Assembly: GCA_951406725.2 (NCBI GenBank)
Contig: OX597837.1
Coordinates: 21,018,001 to 21,082,000 of the forward strand
DNA length: 64,000 nucleotides
Source of the DNA: Octopus vulgaris
Lineage: Eukaryota
Direction: 5' to 3'
Part shown: positions 27,420 through 40,330 of the stretch, piece after piece
Numbering within the stretch: the first letter of the stretch is position 1
Layout: each line of letters starts with the position of its first letter
The notes under the pieces: model-generated
The model's input: the letters and a program-made list of their open reading frames with translations, nothing else
Database searches by the model: none
What the model was told of the DNA's origin: nothing
Program-made: the position numbers and the translations under genes

Positions 27420-27870
27420 AACAATCGGAAAAATAATCCAGAATCCTTGTTTGGGACCAGATCAATTCCAAAATCTAATGAGATCAAGTCAGTCACAAGG
27501 CCAAAAATCCCTGAAAGTTTCATCCGAATCCATCCAGTGATTCTTGAGATATCTTGTCCATGGACAAACAAACAAACACAACTGAAAACAATACCTATTT
27601 CTTTATTGCCCACAAGGGGCTAAACACAGAGGGGACAAACAAGGACAGACATAGGTATTAAGTCGATTACATCGACCCCAGTGCGTAACTGGTACTTAAT
27701 TAATCGACCCCGAAAGGATGAAAGGAAAAGTCGACCGCGGCGGAATTTGAACTCAGAACGTAACGGCAGACGAAATACGGCTACGCAATTCGTCCGACGT
27801 GCTAACGTTTCTGCCAGCTCGCTGGCACAACTGAAAACAATACCTCCACCTTCACTAAGGCGGAAGTAAT
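27420..27870 (-). mobile_element. Helentron-associated (HINE/DINE-like) element interrupted by a SINE
   Basis: terminal hairpin tacttccgcc..ggtggaggta followed by (TTTG)n and the typical gatatctcaaga...gatgaaacttt body; left boundary approximate. Confidence 0.55.
27597..27825 (-). mobile_element. young MetaSINE-type copy with 20-bp TSD
   Basis: cacaactgaaaacaatacct at 27577-27596 and 27826-27845. Confidence 0.9.
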
Positions 27871-27984
27871 TATTACAGAGAAATTGTCAATGAATACAAA
27901 ACGCCGACAAAACTCAAAATAGTTTTTAGACTCGATTGATAGAATTCACAGCACTCAGTGGTAGAAACCAGATGTGGGAAACCA

Positions 27985-28217
27985 GCAGCGAGCTGGCAGA
28001 AACGTTAGCACGCCAAGCGAAATGCTTAGCCGTATTTCGTCTGCTGCTACGTTCTGAGTTCAAATTCCGCCGAGGTCGACTTTGCCTTTCATCCTTTCGG
28101 GGTCGATAAATTAAGTACTAGTTACGCACTGGGGTCGACATAATCGACTTAATCCTTTTGTCTGTCCTTGTTTGTCTCCTCTGTGTGTAGCTTCTCTTTG
28201 TGGGCATTAAAGAAATA
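27985..28217 (+). mobile_element. young MetaSINE-type copy with TSD
   Basis: agaaaccagatgtgg on both sides; full head and core. Confidence 0.88.
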
Positions 28218-29415
28218 AGAAACCAGATGTGGAAAACCGAAGAAAGGCTTTCGTACAACTAATTTCCAATACATGTTCAAGTCCTCTCAAAGGGTTGAAA
28301 ATATAGGTGCAGGCGTGGCATATAGGTGCAGGTATGGCGATGTTGTAAGAAGTGTGCTTCCCCACAACATGGCTCTGGGTTCAGTGTTACTGCTTTGTTC
28401 CTTAGGGAAGTAACTTCTGCTACAGCCTCGGGCCGACTTAAGCTTTCTGAATGGATTTGTTGGACGGAAACTGAATAAAATCCTGTCGTATGTGTGTGTC
28501 TTTGTGCTTGTGTCTGTCCCACATCACTGCTTGACAACAGGTGTTGGTTTGTTTACGACCCCATATCTTAGCAGTTTGGCATATGTCTGTATATAGCAGA
28601 GTTGAAAAAATTGATGTAACCACGATGTTCTGTTGGTCTGAAGATTTAGCCTTCTATATTTCCATTGATTTCTAAATGGACGGTAGTACTATCCAATGTA
28701 CAGCATGTATATTGGTGCAGAAATGTAGAATACTATACACTAGAATAAGAATTATCATTACATGATGAAGGCCGCGAAACGGCCGTCACCCTATGGATGT
28801 CAAATGGTGAAATAAATATAGTCATCTTTCATACCTTCTGGTTTTTTATATTCTATTCCTCTTTATTGCTCATGAAATAATTTCATAGATCGGATCTGCT
28901 GTATTTCAACTGTATAGGATTCTGCGTTATACTCCTCCATGTTAGATTACTATGTGCTATGTTGCCGGGTCCACTAAAGGAGCTTTTTTGCGATTGTCAC
29001 AGGATTCTATGGCTCCATGTATTGCACATTAAATTTATATATATAAATACATTTCGAAGAGAGATTATAGGCCACCGGCCATTAAAGTCTGACGTGACGT
29101 ATATAAAGCCAAGCGCTTTATGGATGCGAGACCATATATATATATATATATATACATACATAGAGAGAGAGAGAAAGATAGGGAGAGAGTGAGAGAGACA
29201 GAAAAGAGAGAGAGTGAATATGAACACTGACCTTTGAAATTTGTTCTCTTGGTTATACATATATATATATATATATATAGGTTTAAGACACAGAACCTCC
29301 TTCAAGCTACTCAATCAACATTGAACGACATTATCTATGATAAAGATATATAAGATTAAATTTTATCAAAATTAATATCTACAATTCTTATTCTGAATAC
29401 TATATTAAATTATAT

Positions 29416-29517
29416 AGGCTACGCGCGTTTCATGACAATATATCTATCGGTATTGCTGAAATAGGTCTCGAAATTCAATACCATATCAATCCGACTATAC
29501 TGCCAATCATCAGGTCT
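29416..29517 (-). ncRNA. type I hammerhead ribozyme motif with long stem II
   Basis: minus strand gac-CUGAUGA-uuggcaguaua...uauauugucau-GAAAC-gcgc-GUA-gcc. Confidence 0.6.
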
Positions 29518-29697
29518 GGATTATATAAAACTATTTTACTATTTACATCCAATATAAAGACATGACAATCAAAATTATTCAACTAGAAATCGGCGAAATA
29601 ATTTTTCATTACTAAATGAGGAATAAAAAATAAGAAAAATAAGAAAAAGGAAAAGAAATGTTAACTTATCTTTTTGGTAATAAATAATCGACAAGCA

Positions 29698-30455
29698 TCT
29701 CTTATTATAAAGGCAGATTTTATCTGCCTCCCTTTGTCACTTATAGAAATCTACAATATAGGATTTCTTCAATTACAATTTACCTAGCATTTTTAAGAGT
29801 AGAATGCATCGGGTCATGCCAGGTCCAGTTTTTTAAATTTAAACTCCAATTAAGCAAAATTTACAGAAAACTCACATTCTGGTGTGTATGTCAAATGCTT
29901 TTCTTAATGTGGTTTACACCACACGCACACGCACACACACAGTGTGCAACGAATAAAGTGAAAGTAATTCACTATGTGTGTGTTGACAGGTAGACAATAG
30001 AATGCGATGGCGATGTAATATTTGTTTCTGTCTATCACGCTGATAGATACATGAGTAAAATGTATGGCAAGCTAAGAGATAAGAGTGAGTGAAAATGTTC
30101 TTGGAAGAGAGTAAATAGCGACAGAGTGATTTGAGGAAGACTAAACTGAAAGTATTTCTATAAAACGGATCACTCATGCTATCAACATAATTTCTCCCAC
30201 TTTCTCTTTGCAAGTGTACCTTAAACCACTACTCAAAAAATAAAAAAACACAGCAAACAGAAACAAATAAATACATAACGATTTACTCCTCACACAATTT
30301 CTTCAATTAGAGTTTACCTAAGATTTTTCAAAGTACTCCATTCGGTCATGCCATAACAAATTTCTTTCAATTTCACCCCCAATTAAGACAAAATTCGAGA
30401 AAACTCAATATTTTAACATTTCACTCCGAAAGCATTGATGTACATGTGTGCGTGC

Positions 30456-30502
<47 letters not shown>

Positions 30503-31970
30503 ATGGGTTGTGCGACACAGAAAGTGTGGTGTGTAAGTGAAGTGCTTTTGTTAGTGTGTGTAAAGAGACAGAGAGAGTGAAAGACAGAAATAACTGAACT
30601 TTTTTTATTCACTTTTTGTAGTGAGTGTCTGAGAGAGAAAAGAGAGAGAGAGGTTATGTATGTATATATGTATGTATGGCTTCAGCGACACACACACACA
30701 AAAACACATACCTACGTACACCTAAAGCACGCACACACACACACACACACAAGCGGAGCGCGAACTTCAAAATTTTGGTAGTATTAATTTGCGAGCGTAC
30801 TTCTAAGCGCGCGTAATTGAAAGTTTTCACTATGATATCATCACGTGCGAAAAAATTCGAAGGCTTTTGAACAATTGAGATACAGATGTCACGCCTGTAT
30901 TGAAACCATTGCTAAGCTGCCGTAATTGCTTAATTAAGACTTTGTTTAAATTGAAAGGGGCAAATATGTGACGAGGTTGAAAAAAAATACCCCAGAAAAA
31001 AAAATGTACTGCTGGTATTTATATAATTCACTACTATTTTGCTACAATGTCATGAAAAAGAAAAAATTTAGGTATGTACAACATATATTATACATTTTTT
31101 CTATTCATTCAACGAAAATTAAAAAATCGAATTCGCCACCCCCTTTTCCCCGTTCGCGTGTGTAAAAAAAAATTATTATTTAAGTTTTTAAAATTATTTA
31201 CTTTGTTCAAAAAATATTAATATTTATTAATTTTCAAGAATTATTTAATTTTATTCTGTAAAATAGTAATTAATTAATTTATCTGTAAATCCGCGAGGTT
31301 GTTACTCAGGCACCTAGAAATAGCAGCCAGATTTTTATATTCTAAATAATTTGCAATTTCAAAAAATATATTAATTTTGCGTTATTTAATTTGATAAATT
31401 CTACGGAATAATTTTGCGCGTTATATACGTTCGCGTTTCTGTAAAAAAAAGTAATTATTTAAGGGCGATCGAGTATCGAGTACCTACGTCTGGCTCGCAC
31501 GCGCGAATCCGCGTGTGCGCAACCGGGACCACTCTGCGATACAAGTACCCATATATACATCCATACATACATGTGTGTGTGTGTCTATGTATGTGTATTA
31601 ATGTGTGTGTGTTATCTCTATATAAAGCTAAAGTTGTCTGTGTGCGCCACGTTTGGTAACCTTCAACTAACATTATCTCCTCCGAGACCCTGCGGCGCAA
31701 GTTGACCAAAATTGAGAGTATCATAGAAGGGTTGCTCTTCCTTCCGTAGAACATAAAATTCAAATCGGACCATGTTAACACCAAAAATTATTTACATCAA
31801 AAAGATGCTTTTTTTCTATGAAAATCCCTATTTTTTACGATTTTTTCACTGCTGTGTCGCCACTTTTCGGTGTATTTCGACCAGAAAAATGTTCACAAAA
31901 TTTTTATTTTTCAAAATTACAATTCCAGCGGGTCGAAACAAACCCGAGCAACGCCGGGCAATACTGCTAG
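29698..31970 (+). mobile_element. composite non-autonomous Helitron (2273 bp) with an internal second 5' end at 31615
   Basis: A|TC start, hairpin plus CTAG|T end; the joined flanks match the uninterrupted inverted arm at 32026-32058. Confidence 0.85.
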
Positions 31971-32144
31971 TTTAACAATATTTCTTAAAATAAAAATATA
32001 ACTTGTCTTGTCGAAGGATTTTCGCTTGAAATATTGTTAAATGCTTTTCGATTATTTATAGTTAATACACGTATTTGATAATTAGTATAAGTTAAGATAA
32101 GTGCATTTATTCTATTATTTCTTACCTTTTATCATTTATTATCT

Positions 32145-32265
32145 TAGACCTGATGAGTGACTATATTTTTAAATAGAATTAATTTTAGTTCGATTTAATT
32201 TTAAATCGAATTGATTTTATTATTATTATCTATTTGAAAATATAGCCATGAAACGTGCGTAGTCT
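32145..32265 (+). ncRNA. type I hammerhead ribozyme motif with long stem II
   Basis: agac-CUGAUGA-gugacuauauuuuuaaauaga...ucuauuugaaaauauagccau-GAAAC-gugc-GUA-gucu. Confidence 0.65.
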
Positions 32266-35200
32266 TTTTAGTACTATTTACTATTTATTGTACTTTATTG
32301 ATTTTTAAAATAAGGTTTTTTATCGTATGCTTTCTATATGGTGCGAATAACATCTTTATTGAGTGGTTAATTAGAGGTTTTTTTATCTAAATTACATACA
32401 TACATATATATATATACCTTTTCGATATCATTTCAAAAAATACATGTTATTTAAAAAATGCATATCATTTTTTAAAATACATTATGGACTTCTGGTATAC
32501 TTGTGCAATGATATGCAGTAACCTCTTTTATACTGTTCCTGGCCAGAGTGAAGTGCTTATGACCAGACTACAGTTTATGCACATACACAAATACAACTAA
32601 CCTCCCATTTGAATTTCTATTTGGCCAGCATCGTATTTTTGAATATCCCTACAACTTCATTTGCTATTTGTGTGTCATTTAAGCCACGCAAAAATCTTCA
32701 TTGCTTTCTTCTTACAGATTATCATTAATGTGTGTTTACTTCCTGCTTCATTAATGCTTGTCCCGCCAACATCGCTTGACAACCAATGGTGGTGGGTTTA
32801 CGTCCCCGTAACTTAGCGGTTTGGCAAAAGAGAATCAATAAAATAAGTACTAGGCTTAAAAAGAATAAGTCCTGGGTTTGATTTGCTAGACTAAAGGCGG
32901 TGCTCCAGCATGGCCAAAGTCAAATGACTGAAACAAGTAAAAAAGGGAAAGAGTAAAATTTTTTAAAAGAATATACCATATTTTAACATGTATAAGGAAT
33001 CCCCTACTTTGGGGGGCTTAAAATATGGAAAAAAGGTTTTGTAAGGGATTATAAATACTATCCATGCATAAACTCCCATATTTTTTAAACCTAATTTTTG
33101 ACAAAAAAGGGTTCCTTATACATGTAAAAATACAGCAATTAATTTTTTTTTTTTTTTTGGATATTTAAATACAAATGTAAAAACTAAATAAAATGAGACA
33201 ACAACAAAAAAGACATTTAAGAAAAAATTTGATTTTGTTTTAAATAATATATTTGTCAGCATTAGAAAATAAAATTACAGGCCGAACAATCAGCACCATT
33301 TCAACTGAACAGGTACTGATTTGGTTTTGGTTTCACTTCCTTCATTTTCACTTGAAGCAACAGTCAATATTTCACAGTTTTGTTTTATTTTATTTGTTCT
33401 TTTCCCTATATTTTTCTTTCATGCAAGTTTTGTATTTTTGTAACTTTCTTTCTTTACAATTTATTTCTTTATTTCTTTATTTTTTTTTAAATATCTTTTA
33501 TGGAAATAACTGGTGAGGAAGAGGAGGAGAGGGGGAGGAAAAAAAGCAAAGAAAATTTCTCAGGTGGAGAAAAATCAATCCTTTGTTTATTTTATTTTTT
33601 TTGCGTAGCTTTTTTTTAATCTTCCTATTTGGTTTCTTTTTTTTTTTTTTTTGGTTATTTTTATTTATTGTCAAAGTCACTGATGACAATACAGCAACAA
33701 CACCACCAATGACACATGCCTGAAAATGTAACCATTCCCCACTTTACAAGATAAATTTCCCCAGACATCATCACGCCATGCCAACCTCCTTGCACAGCAA
33801 AATACTCTAAAGAAGAGAATATTCATTTCTTTTTAGCTTTTTCCCTAACGGGAGGAGAGAGAGAGACAGGAATAGAGAGAGAGAAGAGGAGAGAGGAGAG
33901 AGAGAGAGAGAGAGAGAGCAGTTTCAACATATTTTGTTTATTATTTTAATTATCATTACTAAGAAAAAATCAAGAAATCAGTACCATTATATTAATCAAC
34001 ATTATCATTTCAATTATTATTATTTTGATATTCAAATCCCATAAAGGTTCATTTTGCCTTTTATATTTTTGGGGTCAGTAAATTAAGTACCAGCTGCGTA
34101 CTGGAGTTGACGTAATCAACTATCACCTCCCCCAACATTCAGGCCTCCTACCTATAATAGGAAGGATTAATATTATTATTATTATTATTATTATTATTGA
34201 AAAGAAAAATAATACTACTAATCATTTCTACTAAAGGAACAAGCCCTGAAATCTTTGAGGAAGGGACTGGTACTTAATTTATTGACCTCAGTGGAATTTG
34301 AACTCAGAACATGAAGACAGACTAAATGCTGCTAAGCATTTTGCCCAGTGTGCTAACAATTCTGCCATCTCACTGCCTTGAAATAGTCATAATAAAAATG
34401 ATTAATATAATAATAATTAAAATAATTTTTTTCCTTTTTTAAATCCTCTCTGTCAAACACTCATATGCCAAAACCGACAAGAGTAACCATTATTATCATT
34501 CATTTTATTATAATGTTGATTTTGATGTGACATTTAAATTTTTTTTTGCACACACCCCTTGAAGTCCATGAGGATCTATAACAATCCAGTGTCATTTACA
34601 AAAATATATATAAAAACAAAGTTTTTATATATGCATTTACATACACACACTCATACACACAGACAAAGGTTATCATCATCATCATTATTATAATAATAAA
34701 TATACAATTATAACAGTTTCTAATTTAGGCACAAGGCCAGCAATTCTGAGGTGACAGCGGGGAGGTTACACTTGCTATCATCAATGCCAGTAACTGACTG
34801 GTTCTTTATTTTATTGGCCCTGGAGAGATGAAAGGCAAAGTTGACCTCGGCAGGAGTGCTTCTTCTGAACGTTAACTCAAAGCGGATGATTTCAGTGAAG
34901 AGACCTCACTCATTAATTCGGACATCCAATAGATGGCAAAACACTGGACCTGTATTGAGGGAGCCAACTGCACAAAAGAACTTGCACAGCAGAAACACTG
35001 GTGCCGTGAAGATCTCAATTCTGACTGTCTGTGATGACCATTTACAGAATGTGTGAGCAAGAGAGGGAGTGTTGGTGTATCATCATCAGGACAGACATGC
35101 AACGATAGCAGCAGAAGTCAGATGCATTTCCACAGGAACAGTAATGATGCATCTCAGGTTTGTGGAAGATGTCTATGCATATGTGCATATTTGTGTGTGT

Positions 35201-36209
35201 GTGTGCATATAAATATCTGTAAGTATGCCTCACATACATTCATATATTAAGTATATGTGTGTATGTGTATGCATTATCTGCACAGATGAATGTCTGTGAG
35301 CATGCCTATCTATATTAAGTGTGTGTACTTGTGCATATGACTGTATGCATATTCATATGAAATACGTGTATGTTGTGCACACATGTATATTTATGGATAT
35401 ATATATGTGTGTGTGCATGTGTGGATATATATATATATATGGATATATATGTGTATGTATATATATGTATATATATATATATATGTATGGATGGATATGT
35501 ATTTATATATATATATTATGGATATATATGTATGAATATTTATATATGTATGTATAAATATATATATATATGTCTATGTATAAGTACATATATATATATA
35601 TGTATAAATATATATATGGATATATAGATAGATAGATAGATAGATATATATATAGGTATAAATGTGCATTGTGTACATATGCATATAAATCTGTGTGCAC
35701 ATCTGATTATGCATACACATGTGCAATCATCTATATGAGAATGCCTGAGTGAATACAAGTACCTGTGTGAACACACACCCACACAGCATCAACCTGTACA
35801 GTATCACAGAAGGTAACGATGAAACCAGTTCAGTTCTTTACACAGGTAAAAGCAATCTTTCTGTGGTACCAATAAAAAGCCTTCTCACTTGGAAAAGTCT
35901 TTTGATTAGGGGCAAACCCTGCAGATAAACACAACTGCAAATGTGAGCAGCGCATGAACGGGGAATGGAGAGAGAGAGAGAGAAGCAAAGAGAGAGAGAT
36001 AAGGAGGTTGCGATAAAGACATCTGGTCAAAATTTTCGACAAGTGCTTGACCAAAATGAAGCAAAATTAAAGTCGAAAGCTTGATTCTATTATTGTTCAT
36101 GGTGTTGTTGTTGCTGTAGTGGTATTATTATTTTGTTCATTTATTCTGCTTTTCTTTTAAATATATTTTCAACAGTCAGCTTAGCAGTTTTTCAACAGTA
36201 GTGAGGACA

Positions 36210-36344
36210 TCATGACTTCTGAACTAAATGGTTGGGAGCATCAGCAAACATATACTTCAGCTTAAATGCCTCAGCCAATAACTCGCCAATTTCTTCGTTC
36301 TGCCAGTGGTGAGTGGGAAGGTTTTGGAGAAACATCAGAATACC
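36210..36344 (-). CDS. TBC1D22: TBC1D22 terminal coding exon (GILMFLQNLPTHHWQNEEIGELLAEAFKLKYMFADAPNHLVQKS*)
   Basis: ttttag acceptor, TGA at 36212-36210; LQNLPT.HW...LLAEA..LKYMFADAPNH C-terminal signature. Confidence 0.96.
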   Translation of the reverse strand, partial: GILMFLQNLPTHHWQNEEIGELLAEAFKLKYMFADAPNHLVQKS

Positions 36345-36444
36345 CTAAAAAGAGAGAGAATAATAATAATAATTATCAATTATCAAGAGACATTTGAACA
36401 CTACAAACAGGTGTTTATATATATATAAATCACACACACATACT

Positions 36445-36822
36445 CTTTTACTCTTGTTTCAGTCATTTGACTGTGGCCATGCTGGAGCACCGCCTTTTAG
36501 TCGAGCAAATCAACCCCAGGACTTATACTTTGTAAGCCTAGTGCTTATTCTATCAGTCTCTTTTGCCAAACCACTAAGTTACAGAGACGTAAACAAGCGA
36601 TGTTGGGAGGACAGACACACAAACATACACACATATATATATACATATATACATATATACGATGGGCTTCTTTCAGTTTACGTCTACCAAATCCACTCAC
36701 AAGGCTCTGGTCAGCCCAAGGCTATAGTAGAAGACACTTGCCCAAGGTGCCATGCAGTGGGACTGAACCCGGAACCATGTGGTTGGTAAGCAAGCTACTT
36801 ACCACACAGCCACTCCTATGCC
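36445..36822 (-). mobile_element. OR2-like SINE
   Basis: reverse full-length copy. Confidence 0.85.
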
Positions 36823-37495
36823 TATGTATATGTATACAAACATAATATATAAGTTGCTGAGCTGCTAGAAATAGCAGCCAAATCCTCATCAAATCACACC
36901 CTACTGTCTTAAAACTGGAAAGGGCATTAAGATAACATAGTTCTAGGCACTTGTGAATAAACAGGTGATCATGTCTGGAATACCTGACCTTCAATTAGGG
37001 TTGGCCTGGAAACTAAATAACAAGAACGAACAAAGAGACAGAGACAGACAGACACAGATGTGCAGAAAAACAGATGTAAAAAAAAGCACAGTGAACACAC
37101 TTGAAACAGTCTTAAATCAAAATCACTGTCTCTCAATCATACAACATGCCCTGCTGAGTTGTTGAAAACAAAATTTGGTGCATGCAACTTAAAGAGCTTC
37201 AAGTTAAAATTGCCATCTGTGTATCATACTAAATGTATACACAGTTAAAAGACAACCTTTTGTTGATGTAATTAATGCACTTGCCACATTGAATGTATTA
37301 GTACTTACTTTACTATCAAAAACAGTAAAGTGAGCACTAACCCATTCAATGTGGCAGAATAGTTTGTATTAAAATATATAAAAATCTGGTAAAAATGAAT
37401 AATATAAAATATGACACTTCAGTGTACACACACACACACACACACAACAGATAATAGTTAGCACCTAGAGAAGGAAGTAAATTATATAAACAAAC

Positions 37496-37591
37496 CTGAA
37501 AATCTTTTTCTCGTTGAATATCAATGGAAAATCGTGTAAGAAATGCAGCACAGAGATAAAGGTGGAAATTTGCAAAACCATTTATTTCTGC
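37496..37591 (-). CDS. TBC1D22: TBC1D22 exon (AEINGFANFHLYLCAAFLTRFSIDIQREKDFQ)
   Basis: ttctag acceptor, gtttgt donor, 96 nt, phase 0/0; GF..FHLY.CAAFL. Confidence 0.95.
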
Positions 37592-37884
37592 CTAGAAATT
37601 TAGACATAAAAAGAAAAAGTGAGATGAATTCAAACAAACAGAATATGTGTCTTGGTCAAAAAAAAAGAACAAAAAAAGTTACAAGATTTCACTAATAATC
37701 ACTAGTCTCTTATCATCTTCAGTGATACAATGATTTCATAATTGTCTTGACTATGATGACAACAGTTTCTTCATGACTGAAGATCAGAAGGAAGAGCAGC
37801 ATGCCCTCACATGACTAAACCAATCCTTGATGCTGCAGGGTTTTTCTTCCTTCCTGTTCCCAGTAGTTGTAAAGTGAGAATCAA

Positions 37885-38685
37885 TCCACAAAACCCAATC
37901 CCACTTTTTAGTGGCTCAGAGGACTAAGATGGCTGTGGTGACCAGCAAGCTGTGGCTTTTAAATCGGTAGTAGCTTTCTCCTAGGTGAATTGCCTCAAGG
38001 GGCCGGGGAGCTCCACCTACTCTGGAATTGCCAGAATGGTGTCAAAGTGGGTACTGAGCAACCCAAAAGACTTCACTCCTTGATTTGATGTCAAGGTTGA
38101 CTCCCCTCAACATTTTCTTTCCCATGGCACTGACAAGACCGAGGGTTTATGCTTGTAGTTTTTTCAATAACATGCTAATTAACCCATAGCAATCCAATCC
38201 CACTTTTCACACTTGGAGGTCTGACCTCAGAGGGTCAGAGGGCTACGATGGCTGTGGTGACCAACAGGCTGTAGATTTTATATCAGAGTAGCTTTCTCCT
38301 ATGTTTCATTGGTTTATGGAGCTGAAGAGCTCTACTTACCCTGGAGTTGCTGGAAGGCTGTCAAAGAGGGCACTGGACCACCTCAGGGACTCCAATCCTT
38401 GACTTGCTTTCACTTGCCTTTTTCATTCCCAATGCACTGACAATGCTGAGGCAGTGAGGGTTTGTGCTTGGAGTTTCTTTCACAATATGCTAATTAAGCC
38501 ACAGCAACCCAGTCCCACACTTCAGATTTGAAGGTATGACCTCAGTGGTACAGAGGGAGAGGATGGCTGTAGTGACCAGAATGCTGTAGGTTTTACACTG
38601 GAGTCTCTTGTGTTAACTGGCTCACAGAGCTGAAGAGCTCCACCTAAACTGGAGAAGCCAGAAGGCTGTCAAAGATGGTATTATG
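37885..38685. repeat. diverged tandem repeat, about 2.5 units of roughly 300-320 bp
   Basis: recurring ccaatcccac...gatggctgtggtgacca...gagctccaccta...ggctgtcaaag blocks near 37895, 38195 and 38508. Confidence 0.85.
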
Positions 38686-39120
38686 GTGCACTCTTGTCTT
38701 GACATCATGTGACAGCTGTGAATGAGCATCACTCTCAATGAAAATGATAATGTTCATTTCCAATCTTTCACGAAAAATTTGTCTGGTCAGGGGAGAATGC
38801 TTAGAATCTTGCTTAGAAATAACTAAGAGTTGGTGACAGGAAAAGCATCCAGCCATAGAAAATCTGCCTCAACAACATCTGTCTGACCCATGCAAGCATG
38901 GAAAAGTGGACACTAAAACAATGATGATGATGACCAAAGAGTTAAGACAACAGAGAGAGATGCGGTTACTATTTCTGGTATGTAAAATAACCACATAGAG
39001 ATAGGTTTTCATGTTGGTGTGTCACAAGTAGAATTAATATGGCTTGGCTACATCAATGGAATTCCATGACTGTAATACGAGGTGAAATGGTCAGAGATTT
39101 CACGGAGTCTCCTAGCTTAC

Positions 39121-39248
39121 CTGATAAGTGTCCCACAAACGAATGGTACAGCGCAAAGGAATTTCTCTCATCAGCAAGTTGTTCATCCATCGGAAGGCAA
39201 ATTGGAGAAATTCTACATTATGTTTTTCTAAATGTTTATATAATGGAA
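39121..39248 (-). CDS. TBC1D22: TBC1D22 exon (VPLYKHLEKHNVEFLQFAFRWMNNLLMREIPLRCTIRLWDTYQ)
   Basis: tttcag acceptor, gtaagc donor, 128 nt; QFAFRWMNNLLMRE signature. Confidence 0.97.
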
Positions 39249-39394
39249 CTGAAAGGCAGAGTAGTACATACGTTTACTGTAAACAATAATAATGATGATT
39301 TCTTTATTAACCACTAAGGGTTTACAAACATATCGAGGACAGTACAAAACAATACAATATGATATGGGGTTACATGACGGCGTGCTGGTAAAAT

Positions 39395-39620
39395 GAATCC
39401 CTGTAGTCATAGGTGCATTAGGGAACTATCCCTAAAGATTTGAACAAATGGATAGCAGAAATAAACAAAAAACCTAGTCTAAGGTAGACTCAGAAAACAG
39501 TATTATTAGGGACAACTAGGATACTTAGGAAGGTTCTTGGCATCTAAGGTTGCTTGTTGTAGCCCAATGTTATAATTTTTCTATTTCCAACAGTCTAATC
39601 TGTTGTGCATATATGAAATA
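39395..39620 (+). mobile_element. 3' end of an R4/Dong-like (RLE) non-LTR retrotransposon
   Basis: IPVVIGALGTIPKDLNKWI and QKTVLLGTTRILRKVLGI* remnants, then (AAT)-rich tail. Confidence 0.7.
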
Positions 39621-40287
39621 ATGATAATTATGGTTTTGAATGTTGCCACTAGGGCAGCTTTTTTGGGGAGGGGATGAGTCAATTACATCGACCCCAGTAT
39701 TCAACTGGTGCTTAATTTATCAACCCCGAAAGGATGAAAGGCAAAGTTGACCTTGGCAGCATTTGAAATTGGAACACAGAGACGGGCGAAATACTGCTAA
39801 GCATTTCACACTAACGATTCTGCCAGTTCACCACTTTAATAATAATAATAATAATAATAATAGTTTCAAATTTTGGCACAAGGCCGGCAAGTTCAGGGGG
39901 AGCAGGGTAAGTTGATTACATTAACCCCAGAACTCAACTGGTACTCATTTTATCGACCTCGAAGGAATGAATGCTAAAGTTAATTTTGGCAGAATTTGAA
40001 CTCCGAACATGAAGATGGATAAAATGCAGCAGCAGCAGCCGCCACCGTCTGCCAGACAGATAGAAGAGCATTGTAGAAAATGAAAGACAGTATATTTTAG
40101 ATTAAAAGAATTTTATCTTAATTTTGAAAAATAAAAGAAGTATAAAAGAACCACATTGTTTATGGGATGACCCCAATATATATATATATACACACATACA
40201 ATATTTTATGTTCAAATCCCACCTATAAAATCAAATACTAGGGACAATACAATCAATTATTTCAAACCTTTTCTACATAGGAAACAG

Positions 40288-40330
<43 letters not shown>

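Larger units (their letters stand above)
29281..32392. mobile_element. Penelope-like inverted pseudo-LTR pair, each arm with a hammerhead motif, split by a Helitron
   Basis: 29281-29697 plus 31971-31985 is a diverged reverse complement of 32026-32392; flanked by (TA)n. Confidence 0.65.

Noticed and set aside
28755-28795. Hammerhead-like augauga...gaaac-ggcc-guc
   Set aside because: Core C missing and no convincing stem I; at best a decayed relic
33140-36209. Extent of the TBC1D22 3' UTR and its poly(A) site
   Set aside because: A long UTR is plausible, but many AATAAA-like hexamers occur in this AT-rich DNA and none can be singled out
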